Origin: Chloroflexota bacterium
Lineage (GTDB): Bacteria > Chloroflexota > Anaerolineae > DTLA01
Assembly (NCBI GenBank): GCA_014874485.1
Contig: JADBJK010000011.1
Location: 144,328 to 208,327, forward strand
DNA length: 64,000 nucleotides
Direction: 5' to 3'
Position numbers and translations under genes: made by a program. The notes below the pieces were generated by a model. It was not told the origin of the DNA. It saw nothing but the letters and a program-made list of their open reading frames with translations, and searched no databases. The first letter of the stretch is position 1; every line of letters begins with the position of its first letter. Positions 8,760-18,632 of this stretch are shown here, piece by piece.

Positions 8760-9623
8760 CTAGAACCCCTCGGGCAGCGCGGCCACGGGCGCAAACGCAA
8801 CGCCCACCAGGCCGGGGCCCGTGTGCGCGCCCAGCACCGGCGCGATGGGGCCTGTCGGCAGCCACTCGCAGGCGAACAGCGAGTCCAGCCGCTCCCGCAA
8901 CTGGGCAGCACCCTCGGGGTTCGCGCCGTGCAGCACCTGCACGCGCAGCGCCGTGCCAGGGGCGTACTGCTCGGCCACCAGGTCTGCAAGCCGCGAAATC
9001 GCGCCGCGGAGCGTGCGGGCAGAGCCGCGCTGGGCGTATATCCCCTGCTCCTTCTCCACGCCGATCAGTGGCTTGATGTTGAGCACCGAACCCAGCAGGC
9101 CCTTCAGGTGGCTGATGCGCCCGCCGTGAATCAGGTAGCGCAGCGTCGCCAGCGTGTACAGCGTATCCGTGGCGGCGCGCACGCGGTCCACCAGCGCCAG
9201 AACGCGCTCCTTCGCCCATCCGGCCTTCACGGCCTTCGCCGCTGCCTCCACCTGCCACCCCAGCGCGCCCGAGAGCGTCTTGCTGTCCACGACGGTAACG
9301 TTGGCCTCGGGCACCATCTGCGCGCCCAGCCGCGCGGCGTTCACCGTCCCGCTCAGCCCCGACGAGATGTGAATGGACAGAATGTCGGGGTCCGACTTCG
9401 CCAGCCTTCGGTACAACTCGGCGAAGACGCCGGGCGAAGGTTGCGACGTGGTCGGGAAGCCGCCGTCGGCCTCCAACAGGGCGTAGAACTCGTCGGGCTG
9501 GATGTCCTCGCCCGAACGATACGATTTGCCGCCCAGCGTGAAGGTCAGCGGTACGAAGTGGATGTCCAAATCCTTCATTTGCTCGGGCGAGAGGTCCATC
9601 CCGCGGTCGGTTACAATTTGCAC
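8760..9623 (-). CDS. DegV family fatty-acid-binding protein
   Basis: 'VQIVTDRGMDLSPEQ...GGKSYRSGEDI...SQPSPGVFAELY...ISSGLSGT' matches the DegV/EDD fold. GTG start 9623 with RBS AAGGAGA 8 nt upstream. The ORF-track extension to 9755 lacks an RBS. Confidence 0.8.
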   Translation of the reverse strand: MQIVTDRGMDLSPEQMKDLDIHFVPLTFTLGGKSYRSGEDIQPDEFYALLEADGGFPTTSQPSPGVFAELYRRLAKSDPDILSIHISSGLSGTVNAARLGAQMVPEANVTVVDSKTLSGALGWQVEAAAKAVKAGWAKERVLALVDRVRAATDTLYTLATLRYLIHGGRISHLKGLLGSVLNIKPLIGVEKEQGIYAQRGSARTLRGAISRLADLVAEQYAPGTALRVQVLHGANPEGAAQLRERLDSLFACEWLPTGPIAPVLGAHTGPGLVGVAFAPVAALPEGF

Positions 9624-9830
9624 AGGAAAATCTCCTTGATCGGTTTTGCAGCAGGGGATTCGCACGGGGGCAATCAAAACCCATCCGGTTCGCTGCCGGA
9701 TGGGCGTCAACTGCTGGTAAGGCCAAGTCTCTGCCGCTGTACTCCCATGATACACCCAAACCGCCGAAACTCAAAATCCGCCGAAGGCAAGAGAGCGGGT
9801 TGTTGACGCCGCGCCGATTCATGCTATACT

Positions 9831-10508
9831 ATGGGCATGGAAAACATCCAGTCCCTGCTCGGAAGCGATAGGCAACCCGACACGCGCACCTACTGGGGCA
9901 AGATCTCCGCCGACGACCTTGCCCGCGCCCTCGTGGCCCACTTCAACACGCCCAACTCGCGCGCCCAGATGACCGGCGACGGCACCCGCATCCTGGTGCA
10001 AATCGCCAACCGCCAGGTGGAGTATTCGGACCCCACCACGGCCCTCACCGTGGGCATCGTGCAGGACTCGGACAGCATCACCGTTACGATGGGGCGGCAG
10101 AAGTGGATCGGCATCGCCGCCGACCTGGCCCGCACCGGCATCATGGCGCTCATCAACCCTTGGTACCTGCTGAACGAACTGGACAACGTGGCGCGCAACG
10201 TGGACTGGCTCAGCCTGCGCGACCAGGTGTGGGCGGTCATTGACCAGTACTGCCAGTCGGTCGGCGGGAGTTTGGGCATCCCCGAGGAACTCAAGCAGGT
10301 GGTGTGCCCGTACTGCGGCGTGGGCAACCCCATCGGCCAGCCCAAGTGCTCGGCGTGCGGCGCGCCCCTGGGCGAATATCAGCCCATCACCTGCCCCAAG
10401 TGCGGCTACCTGCTCCCCTGGAACAAGCGATTCTGCACCCGCTGCGGGGCATCCCTCACCGGCGACAAACCCGCCCAGCGCAGGCCCAAGCGCTCGTCGC
10501 TCATCTAG
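9831..10508 (+). CDS. Hypothetical protein with C-terminal double zinc-ribbon (CPYC...CSAC...CPKC...CTRC)
   Basis: Two CxxC pairs x2 in the last 70 aa. Divergent from degV. The start is either ATG 9831 or 9837. Confidence 0.55.
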   Translation: MGMENIQSLLGSDRQPDTRTYWGKISADDLARALVAHFNTPNSRAQMTGDGTRILVQIANRQVEYSDPTTALTVGIVQDSDSITVTMGRQKWIGIAADLARTGIMALINPWYLLNELDNVARNVDWLSLRDQVWAVIDQYCQSVGGSLGIPEELKQVVCPYCGVGNPIGQPKCSACGAPLGEYQPITCPKCGYLLPWNKRFCTRCGASLTGDKPAQRRPKRSSLI

Positions 10509-10524
10509 TACCGTACCACAGGGA

Positions 10525-10900
10525 TTCTTGATGGTTTGTCATTGCGAGGACGTGCGGCGCCCGTAGGGACAATTCATGAATTGTCCCTACTGAGGCGCGG
10601 AGCGCCGAAGAATCTCGTCAACCGAGATGCTTCGCTTCGCTCAGCATGACAGAGCCATATCGTCATTCTGAGGCGCGGAGCGCCGAAGAATCTCGTCAAC
10701 CGAGATGCTTCGCTTCGCTCAGCATGACAGAGCCATATCGTCATTCTGAGGCGCGGAGCGCCGAAGAATCTCGTCAACCGAGATGCTTCGCTTCGCTCAG
10801 CATGACAGAGCCATATCGTCATTCTGAGGCGCGGAGCGCCGAAGAATCTCGTCAACCGAGATGCTTCGCTTCGCTCGCAATGACAGGTGGGGTGTCATAG
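10525..10900. repeat. Family A repeat: one long unit carrying the 22-bp palindrome, followed by 4 tandem copies of a 78-bp sub-unit 'gtcattctgaggcgcggagcgccgaagaatctcgtcaaccgagatgcttcgcttcgctcagcatgacagagccatatc'.
   Basis: The translation of ORF 10574..10855 repeats a 26-aa unit 4 times (78-nt period). Confidence 0.85.
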
Positions 10901-10946
10901 CGAGGGCGTGGCAACTGGGCAGCCGGGCGTCCGGGGCGGCGTGGGC

Positions 10947-13115
10947 CTACCGGTAGGCAATCACCAGCGCCGGGCCCTTCCCCGCCACATTCCGCGACGC
11001 GAACTCGTACACGTTGCTGGAGCCAGCCGTGTACACCAGGATCAGCCCGTGGTTCGGCGTGCCGGTGGCCCAAGCCTGCACCGCAGAGGTTACGCTCACG
11101 GCCACCCACGCGTTGACAACTCCCAGTGAGGCCGTCCCGTCCGCCGTCGCCTCCACATCCGACGGGTCGGTGGCTCCCGCTCCTGCCCAGGGCACCGCCC
11201 ACGTTACGGTCATCTCCTCCCACGCCCGTTTCAGCCGGTACGCGCTTAGCGTGCCCGTGCTGGTGTTGGAGCGGGCCGACACGTAGAGCCGCAACTCGGC
11301 GCTGACGATGCTGCGGCCCATGATCTCCGCAGGCAGGTTGAACATCAGCAGGGCCTTCTGGACTCCGCCCGTGCGCACCTTGAGAGTGCTGTCGTTGCCG
11401 TGATTGGCAGGCGGGCTATCCCATGCATTGATCCACGAATCCGCGGCGGGCTGAACGGTGAGCGTAACCGGCTCGGGCAGGAGCGCGCGCCAGTCGGTGA
11501 AGACGATGGGGAGCCAGAGCACCCCACGTGCCCCGGGCACCCACGTGGGCGACGGGCCGGGCGTATTCGTGGGACGGCGCGTGGGCGTGGTCGTCGGCGT
11601 GAGCGTTGCTGTAGGCGTGCGGGTAGCGGTGGGCGTCCGCGTCGGTGTGGATGTCGGAGTCGGCGTCGTCGTCGGCGTATGCGTGGGCGTGGGCGACAGG
11701 GGGTAAATGTACGTAACGCCCGCCTGGTCATCGTCGGTCAACGTGCGCTTCTTCGTCTCGCCTTTTCCTGTAAACCCGTACATCGTCTTCTCGGCGTCCG
11801 CGGCCCCCACGAGGCTATCCAAACCGAGCATGAAGCCCATCCCCCACGCCGCGAGACTCTCCACATCGTAACGGTTTGCGCTGCCATCGGTGCCCCACGT
11901 GAACGCCCAATCGTTGAACATGAAATCCGATTCCACGATCTCGTATGGGTTATCGTGAATCCACCAGCGATACCCAGCAGCGAGAAAGCGGTCGGAGATG
12001 AGCGAAGGTGAGTCTGCCCACGAAGCCACGTTCTGGCCATCCTGCGCAAGGCCAACAAGCGTGGTCGTCCCTCCGAAACGGTACTGGAAGTTCGCCGTCG
12101 GGACGCTGCTCCACGTGCTCATCGCACGCCGCACGGCTTCCAGTTCCCCATCGCAGTCGGCGGTGTTGGGATTGATCAGCACGGGCTCCGACATAGGTTG
12201 GGGATACGTACCCTTCGGCCAGCGCCCCCCGCAGAAGCAGTACATCACGTTGAAATCCTTTGTGTTGCTGGTTCCATTCGCGTTCACGACGCGCACAGGG
12301 CCGCTGGACGCTCAGCCCGGCACGCGCACCCGGATGAGCGTGTCGCTCCAGAAGTCCACGCAGCCGGGCACCCAATAGTTGTAACCGCCGAAAAACTCCA
12401 CCCGGCCGGTCCCCTGTACTGCGCCAAAGTTGCTCCCTGAGATCGTAACGAGGGTGGAGTCCATAGCACACCCGATGCCCTCCTCGTCGTAGCGCAGCCG
12501 ATCCCAGTGCGACGCGCCTTTGGTTGGCGAGATGCTGGCAATGGAAGGCGCGGCTGCGGACACCGCCGAGGCTTCCACTTGCGCCTCGCGCCACAACCCA
12601 GCAGGGACACGGATGCCGGGCGCTCCCGCGATGCGCATCAGGAACGTGATCAGCGGCGTAGGTTCAAACCCCTCACGGGACACTTGGCCGTCCGCCAGGT
12701 AGAAGCGGCCCTGAAACCCGCCCACCGTACCGTCGGGCGTGTCGTCCAGGAACAGGAGGACGCGCTGGCCCACGCCGAACGTGGGCATGCCCGACACAGT
12801 GAGGCCCAGGCCGTCCACCTTCCCACCCTGCACCTCAAAAAGGAGCGTGTCCCCCGCCGTCCCCTTCAGCACATGCTCCACGTCCACGGTAACCGTGGTC
12901 AGGATGAGCGTGTGCGCCGGATTCCAATGCGAGCGCAACGCGGATACCGTGCCGACGACCGCCGTCTGACTGAGGCCGGCGATTTCCTGCAAGGACAGCG
13001 CCAGCCCCTGCGCTAGAACCGGATGCGGCAGCGTGAGGAAGATCAGCACAACGAGGACAACTGCGGTGAGGAACCCTTGCCGTGAACGAATCGCCCGGCC
13101 CGCCTGAATCGCCAT
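10947..13115 (-). pseudogene. Large secreted multidomain protein split by a single in-frame TGA at 12312-12314. Domains: signal peptide, IPT/TIG domain, degenerate matrixin-like (metzincin) domain lacking HExxH, Pro/Thr linker, C-terminal DNRLRE-like domain. Likely pseudogene or sequencing error.
   Basis: The 13115 start has RBS AGGAGG. The two ORFs (12312..13415 and 10947..12296) share a frame. The reading '...WSDTLIRVRVPG*ASSGPVRVVNANGTSN' places the stop inside the canonical IPT motif (VxVPxGAxSGPVxV). 'MYGFTGKGETKKRTLTDDDQAGVTYIYP' is a Met-turn-like segment. 'GVQKALLMFNL...AELRLYV' is a DNRLRE-like motif. Confidence 0.6.
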
Positions 13116-13427
13116 GGTACACCTCCTGCCGTGCAGACCTGCCGGGTGGGCCGTCGCTTTGCCGGGAGTCTGTGGTCTGCGGTCTGGGTATTGACCACCG
13201 CCTCCCGCTGTGGCCTGATCGGTACGGTCTGCGCCTCGCACCGTGCAACAACCACTGGTTGCGAACTCTCGCCGACAGTGTACCGAACCCGACTGACACC
13301 AGACTGACAGTAGGCAATGGCCCTGTGCGGGGGAAGCAATCGGCCCGCGTGGCGCCCTTCGCCGGGCGAAGCGCCGCGCGGCGGGCATGACAAGAACTCC
13401 GCCGAGCGGCTGCACCGCAGAGCAGCG

Positions 13428-14195
13428 CTACATCTCCGCGCACGCCTCGGCGGCGAGCCAGAACAGGGTCTCGCGCACCGTAGTCCGCTGGTGCCAGCCC
13501 CGCGGATCCCACTCAAGGCCGCTCACGTCGTCGCCGCCGTACAGGATTTGCGCGAAGGGCACGCCGCGAAATTGCGCCACGGCGAAGAAGGCCGCCGCTT
13601 CCATCTCCACCGTGAGGCAGCCCTCGGCGCGGCGCAGGCGCACCTTGTCGGGCGTCTCGCGGTAGGGCGCGTCGGTCGTCCACGTCTTGCCGACCAGGTA
13701 GGGGATGCCGCGCCGTTGCAGCACCCGCTCAACGGCGGCGACGGCTTCGGGGCTGGCGGCAACCTCCCGCGCGGGCGCGAGATAGTGGTACGACGTCCCT
13801 TCGTCGCGCACGGCGGACGTGGGCACGACCAGATGGCCCGCGGCGATGTCGCGCCGCAGCACGCCCGCCCCGCCGCACGCGATGAACTTGCGGCAACCCA
13901 TGGCGATGACCGCTTCCAGCAGGCCCGCGCCCAACGCCGCACCGACGCCGGGCTGGAACGCGGCCACGCGCACGCCGTTCACCTCCACGACATACACGGG
14001 AATCTCGCCGATCTCGCTCCGCAGGCTGGCGACGCGCTGAGCCTGCCCGCCCTGCTCCAGGCCGACAAGCACCTCGCGGAAGAAGCACAGCACGCACCGC
14101 TCGGGCACATCGGCGGGCTTCACCACCTGGCTCGGGTGAATCACCGCGTCGCGCGCGGGGTCAAACTCCAGGATGGGGTATCGCTCGCGCCTCAT
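13428..14195 (-). CDS. Purine/uridine nucleoside phosphorylase family (PNP_UDP_1) protein
   Basis: '...VVEVNGVRVAAFQPGVGAALGAGLLEAVIAMGCRKFIACGGAGVL...' is the PNP/MTAP-fold core. ATG 14195 has GGGAG 7 nt upstream. Confidence 0.7.
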   Translation of the reverse strand: MRRERYPILEFDPARDAVIHPSQVVKPADVPERCVLCFFREVLVGLEQGGQAQRVASLRSEIGEIPVYVVEVNGVRVAAFQPGVGAALGAGLLEAVIAMGCRKFIACGGAGVLRRDIAAGHLVVPTSAVRDEGTSYHYLAPAREVAASPEAVAAVERVLQRRGIPYLVGKTWTTDAPYRETPDKVRLRRAEGCLTVEMEAAAFFAVAQFRGVPFAQILYGGDDVSGLEWDPRGWHQRTTVRETLFWLAAEACAEM

Positions 14196-14218
14196 TCGCA
14201 TACTCCCTGGCGCGCGGT

Positions 14219-14446
14219 TCACCGCAGAGACGCGGAGACCGCAGAGGTTCTATCGTTTTTCCCGCGTTCTCTGCGGCCTGCGCGGTGAGTTGACGCTCGC
14301 TCTCCACGTCGCCCGCCGAACTCAATACTGCCTCCCAGCGGGCCATAGAAGGCCTTGCCACCAAGCGGGTCATATCCCTCAAAGACGAAGGTTCGGTCAT
14401 CCCGACGGAACACGCAGATGGCGATGGGGCGGATCGCGTTCATCAC
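14219..14446 (-). pseudogene. N-terminal ~50-aa remnant of a Nudix hydrolase gene. Its 3' part is replaced by a family B mini-repeat at 14219-14292.
   Basis: 'MNAIRPIAICVFRRDDRTFVFEGYDPLGGKAFYGPLGGSIEFG' matches the Nudix strand before the catalytic helix. The GX5EX7REUXEEXGU box is absent. The ORF runs into the repeat 'caccgcagagacgcggagaccgcagag' and stops. Confidence 0.45.
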
Positions 14447-15624
14447 TACAGCAGTCCGAGTTCCCGATGCTTCGCCGCGATGGTATCCGCCAGCACCGTC
14501 AGCGCCGCGAAGTCCGCTTCGCGTGGGTGGCCCTTACAGTACACGGGCGGAAGGATTTCGGCCTTCAGGTTGGGGATCATCCCCGCAATTGTCTCCACCG
14601 CCTTGGTACCCCAGCCGTAGGAACCGATGACCGTCGCAAACTTCACCTGCGGGCGGATAGCATTGGCGAGGTAGGCCGCGTACACGGCGGCGGGGTGCGG
14701 CCCGACCAGCACCGTGGGCGTCCCAAGCACCAGCGTGGCGGCGTCCACCAGTGCCATAGCCAGTTTCCCGATGTCGGTAACCGGCAGGCTGAACTGCTCC
14801 ACGCGCACGCCCCGCTCGGCCAGCGCGCCGACAAGGAACGTCGCCATCTTCTCGGTGCTGCCGTGCATGGAGACATAGGCCACGACGGCGACATTCTTCG
14901 GCCCGCCCGAAACCCATTCGTCGTAGGCGTCCACGATGAGCGCGGGCCTGCCGTACACGGGACCATGGCTCGGCGCGATGGCTGCGATGTCCAGCGCTCT
15001 CACCTTCTCCAGGTTCTTGGCAATGGCCGCGCGGAACGGCATCATGATCTCGGCGAAGTAGCGCTTGGCCGCCTCCACGACGCGCCCCTCGTCGGTCGCG
15101 TACAGGTCCGTCGTCGCGATATGCGAGCCGAAGAAGTCGCACGAGAACAAAATGCGCTCCTCGGGCACGTGGGTAACCATCGTTTCCGGCCAGTGCACCC
15201 AAGGCGCGTGGATGAAGCGCAGCGTCCGGTCGCCCAGCGACAGCGTCTCGCCGTCGGCCACGGTGATGAACTTCTCCCCAGGAATCAGGAGCAAGTCAAT
15301 GAGCATGTCCTTGCCCTTGGGCGTGGCTACGACCCGGGCATCGGGGTACTTCTCCAACACGGCGGGGATGGAACCCGAGTGGTCCTGCTCGGCATGGTGA
15401 GCGACGAGATAGTCCACCTTGGGCACGTCGGCCAACTGCGCCATGAGGACATCGGTCATGGCCGGGTCTACGGTGTCCAGCACCGCGGTCTTCTCGCTGC
15501 CCCGCACGAGGTAGGCGTTGTAACTCGTGCCATCGGGGAGCGGAATCAGGGAATCAAACAGCCGTCTGTTCCAATCCACCGCCCCCAGCCAACTGACCCT
15601 GTCGCTGATGCGTCGCGCTTTCAT
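14446..15624 (-). CDS. fprA: Flavodiiron protein (FprA family; metallo-beta-lactamase-like domain plus flavodoxin-like domain). O2/NO reductase.
   Basis: 'HHAEQDHSGS' is the di-iron ligand motif. The C-terminal flavodoxin domain reads 'VAVVAYVSMHGSTEKMA'. Strong RBS GGAAAGGAGG. Confidence 0.9.
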   Translation of the reverse strand: MKARRISDRVSWLGAVDWNRRLFDSLIPLPDGTSYNAYLVRGSEKTAVLDTVDPAMTDVLMAQLADVPKVDYLVAHHAEQDHSGSIPAVLEKYPDARVVATPKGKDMLIDLLLIPGEKFITVADGETLSLGDRTLRFIHAPWVHWPETMVTHVPEERILFSCDFFGSHIATTDLYATDEGRVVEAAKRYFAEIMMPFRAAIAKNLEKVRALDIAAIAPSHGPVYGRPALIVDAYDEWVSGGPKNVAVVAYVSMHGSTEKMATFLVGALAERGVRVEQFSLPVTDIGKLAMALVDAATLVLGTPTVLVGPHPAAVYAAYLANAIRPQVKFATVIGSYGWGTKAVETIAGMIPNLKAEILPPVYCKGHPREADFAALTVLADTIAAKHRELGLL

Positions 15625-15648
15625 CGCGCAACCTCCTTTCCTGCGATT

Positions 15649-16011
15649 CTACTTCTTCCCGAAGAACATCTGCGCCGCGACGATGAGCAGGTACACGGCG
15701 AACACCTTGCGCAGCACCGCATCGGGGATGCCCACGGCGACCCGCGCGCCAAGCAGCCCGCCGAGGAAGAACCCCAGCACGATGAAAACCGCCGCGCGTA
15801 AATCCACAAACCCCTGCTTGTAGTACGTCCACGCCGCCAGGATGCCGATGGGCGGGACCATGAGGGCCAGCGTCGTCCCCTGAGCCTTGTGCTGGGTGAA
15901 GCCGAACAGGAACACCAGCGCGGGGATGATAATGGTTCCGCCGCCGATTCCCACCACCCCGCTCAGCACGCCGGCGATGAGGCCAAGCAGCATGTACAGC
16001 AGGACTTGCAT
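15649..16011 (-). CDS. Small membrane protein of the TauE/SafE (DUF81) sulfite-exporter-like family. It is a half-size 120-aa unit.
   Basis: 4 predicted TM helices and a 'GIGGGTIIIP' glycine motif. ATG 16011. The upstream part of ORF 15649..16524 is non-coding-like (Arg/Gly-rich). Confidence 0.65.
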   Translation of the reverse strand: MQVLLYMLLGLIAGVLSGVVGIGGGTIIIPALVFLFGFTQHKAQGTTLALMVPPIGILAAWTYYKQGFVDLRAAVFIVLGFFLGGLLGARVAVGIPDAVLRKVFAVYLLIVAAQMFFGKK

Positions 16012-16189
16012 AGTCGGCACTCTCCGCAAAACAGGTTTGCCCGACATTCTACCACCGCGCGGGAAAGACGCCAAAGGGGAGCCGCGAAGAGGACTCGGTT
16101 CCACCCCCTGCTGGTGAACTATGCGCACCCTGCGGCCTTCCACCGTCCAAACCGCCACGGCATGCGGGGGCAACGACTTAGAACACGAA

Positions 16190-16370
16190 ACCCGCGAAGG
16201 GCCGCCCCTTTCGCGCCCTTCGCGCTCCAAACCACCCACACGTCCCCAGCCCCGCAGGGGCTTCGCCCTTTCAGCGCGGGGGTTCAACCCCGCGCGGCCA
16301 TGCCCCAGGGGACGCGCCCGAAATGCCCCGATTGCCCCTCTGCGTTCTCTGTGTCTCCGCGGTGAGGACC
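16190..16370. repeat. Family C and family B mini-repeat copies
   Basis: 'ggggcttcgccctttcagcgcgggggttcaaccccgcgcggcc' and 'ctctgcgttctctgtgtctccgcggtgagg'. Confidence 0.7.
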
Positions 16371-16375
16371 AAGCC

Positions 16376-17557
16376 CTACCCGTGCGTTCGCCGCAGCAGG
16401 GTGTGGACGAGCGACGGCTGCGGCGGGCCCAACTTCCCGCCCGGCCGCAGGGTGTACTGCTGCCCGCGCCACTGGATGGATCGCCCCACGCCGCCCGCCA
16501 CCCACACCGCGGCGGTGAGGCCATCGCGCAGGGGCAGAAGCCCCAGGTTGCGGCGCGTCGTCTCGTCGCCGGTGTACCCCGACACCTGCCACGCCACCCA
16601 CCACCGAATCAGGAGCGAGGCGACGAGAATCCACGAGAACGGCGCGGCAAAGCCCTTCGCCAGAGCGAGGCCCAGCGCCAGCGGCACGGCTAGGGTTACC
16701 AGGAGCGCGGGATACTCCAGCGGGCGGCTGACGCGATTGCACCGCGCCCAACGGACCTCGCGGTGCCACTGGTCGCGGAACGTGGTCTTGCCCAGCACCG
16801 CGCGCGGGATGTAGTCCGACAGGACGACGCGCCCTCCGTCCCGCGACAACTGGTGCCCCAACTGGAAGTCGTCGGCCAGGTAGTCGGCCAGGGCGCGGAA
16901 CCCGCCGATGCGCTCCAGGTCGGCGGCGCGCAATGCGTCGGTCGCGCCCGTGGCGAAGCGCATGTTCAGATAGCGCCGCGCCACCATCACCATCGGCAGG
17001 AACGTCGCGCCCATGTACAGGGCCTCCAGCCGCGCCGTGAGGGTTACCGCCCTGTCGCCCACGTAGGCACAGGTTACCAGCGCCACCGCGGGGTCCTCCA
17101 GCGGGGCCACCACGCGCCGCAGGTAATCGGGCCCCACCCGCATATCGCTGTCGGCGACGACCAGAACGGGATGACGCGCCTGCCCTGCCAGCGCGTGCAG
17201 GATGCTGACCTTGTTGTTGTACCCAATCGGCTCGGCCACGACGAGGCGCACCCGTTGCGGGTACTCGCGCTGGAGCCGTGCGGCCAGGCTGACCGCCGGA
17301 TCGTCCGGGTCCAGCACGCCGATGAGCACCTCGTACTCCGGATAGTCCTGGCGCACGAAACTCAGCAGGCATTCGTAGGCATCGGGGTCCACGCCCTTGA
17401 TGGGCTTCAGGATGGACACGGGCGGCGTGTATGGACGTTGGCCATCGCCGGTGCGCGAGGGGGACTGCGCCTGGTGGAAGAAGTCATACGTGCACAGCCA
17501 GGCCACCAGCCAGAAGGCCCAACTCATCACGATGAGGAGCAGGAGCGCGGATGTCAT
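16376..17557 (-). CDS. GT2/GT21-type glycosyltransferase, HpnI / ceramide-glucosyltransferase-like
   Basis: 'VSILKPIKGVDPDAYECLLSFVRQDYPEYEVLIGVLDPDDPAV...ADSDMRV' (DxD motif) plus C-terminal TM helices. ATG 17557 has RBS GGGAGG. The start overlaps the upstream stop (ATGA). Confidence 0.8.
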   Translation of the reverse strand: MTSALLLLIVMSWAFWLVAWLCTYDFFHQAQSPSRTGDGQRPYTPPVSILKPIKGVDPDAYECLLSFVRQDYPEYEVLIGVLDPDDPAVSLAARLQREYPQRVRLVVAEPIGYNNKVSILHALAGQARHPVLVVADSDMRVGPDYLRRVVAPLEDPAVALVTCAYVGDRAVTLTARLEALYMGATFLPMVMVARRYLNMRFATGATDALRAADLERIGGFRALADYLADDFQLGHQLSRDGGRVVLSDYIPRAVLGKTTFRDQWHREVRWARCNRVSRPLEYPALLVTLAVPLALGLALAKGFAAPFSWILVASLLIRWWVAWQVSGYTGDETTRRNLGLLPLRDGLTAAVWVAGGVGRSIQWRGQQYTLRPGGKLGPPQPSLVHTLLRRTHG

Positions 17558-18453
17558 GGTGCACCTCCCCGCTTCACGACCAGGTCGCGGTACGAGATGA
17601 GCCGCGCGCCCATCTGTTGCACCCGCTCGCGCACGCGCGGGCTGAGGAGCGCGGCCAGGTCGCCTGGGTTGGGGCCGCCGGGTTCGCCCAAATCCCGCTC
17701 CGATGGGTGGCCGTAAATTTCGGCCACACGCACGTGTGGCGGGATGCGCCCCAGCAGATACAGCAGGTACGGTTCCGACAGATGCCCCGTCTGGTACAGC
17801 CCATAAACCCTGTCCGCATGCGCCAGGGGCGACGCAGCCGCGCGAGCCTTGCCCCAGCGCCGCAACGCCGCATAGTACAAATGCCACAGCGTCTTGAGCG
17901 GGCGGCGCGATGCATCGTACCCCAGAGTCAGGCGCAGGTCGTCGTTGGGCAGGCGAAACCCGGGCGCGCCGAAGGTCTCGGCCAGGCGCAGGAAGATGGG
18001 GAACACGGCCGGGTGCATGTGCATGTGGTAGTGCCCGTCGGCATGGGCCAGGGGGAGCCCGGTGGCGGCAAACCGCTCAAACTGGGCCTCCATCTCGCGG
18101 GCCAACTCGGCGCGGGCCACGGCGCTGAACTGGTAGCGGATGCCCAGGCCGTAGGGGTCGGCGGGGAACCGCCCGGCCGCATCGGTGATGTGGGGCAGCG
18201 CGGCGTGGCCGAGCACCGACGGCCCGTCCACCGTTACCACATGCAGGCCCACGGCGAGGGTGGGCGTGCGCCTGGCCAGGTCCACCGCGTGCTCACAAGC
18301 CGCGCCTGCCACCATGAGGCTGGCCGAGGTCAGCACGCCGTCGCGATGGGCGCTCAGGACGGCGCGGTTGATGGCCTCGTCCCGCCCGAAATCGTCAGCG
18401 GTGAAGATGAGGGCAAGCGGCACGGGCCGCATCTGCGCCCCACGTCCGCTCAT
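17554..18453 (-). CDS. YdjC/ChbG-family carbohydrate deacetylase, HpnK-like
   Basis: 'LIFTADDFGRDEAINRAVLSAHRDGVLTSASLMV...GLHV...HADGHYHMHMHP' is the YdjC signature. ATG 18453 has GAGGGGAG upstream. Confidence 0.8.
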   Translation of the reverse strand: MSGRGAQMRPVPLALIFTADDFGRDEAINRAVLSAHRDGVLTSASLMVAGAACEHAVDLARRTPTLAVGLHVVTVDGPSVLGHAALPHITDAAGRFPADPYGLGIRYQFSAVARAELAREMEAQFERFAATGLPLAHADGHYHMHMHPAVFPIFLRLAETFGAPGFRLPNDDLRLTLGYDASRRPLKTLWHLYYAALRRWGKARAAASPLAHADRVYGLYQTGHLSEPYLLYLLGRIPPHVRVAEIYGHPSERDLGEPGGPNPGDLAALLSPRVRERVQQMGARLISYRDLVVKRGGAP

Positions 18454-18632
18454 GGAACTCGCTCCCCTCGCTGTGCCAAACACGGATTCGCAAGCCTATG
18501 ATAGCATAGCCTGGGCGTTCAGGAAAATCGCCCACGGTTGGCCCGGCTTGGCCGTCGCAATGGTGAGTGCGTCGCGTCCAAGAGCCACGCCGCTCTGCGG
18601 AGGGGCCGATTCCGCCGAGAAACGCAGCCACA

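Noticed and set aside
8578-9822. 414-aa ORF 8578..9822 (-) and 359-aa ORF 8727..9806 (+) overlapping degV
   Set aside because: Alternative frames or opposite strand of the DegV gene with low-complexity translations. The DegV frame has the conserved fold motifs and an RBS.
12312-12314. TGA recoding (selenocysteine or Gly) at the in-frame stop of the IPT protein
   Set aside because: Many well-supported genes in the window terminate with TGA (e.g. nhaP, macB ATPase, hpnK-like). No SECIS-like hairpin follows. The position aligns to Ala/Thr, not Cys/Sec, in IPT domains.
14173-15801. 542-aa ORF 14173..15801 (+) antisense to fprA
   Set aside because: Arg/His/Gly-rich antisense translation. fprA on the minus strand has diagnostic di-iron and flavodoxin motifs.
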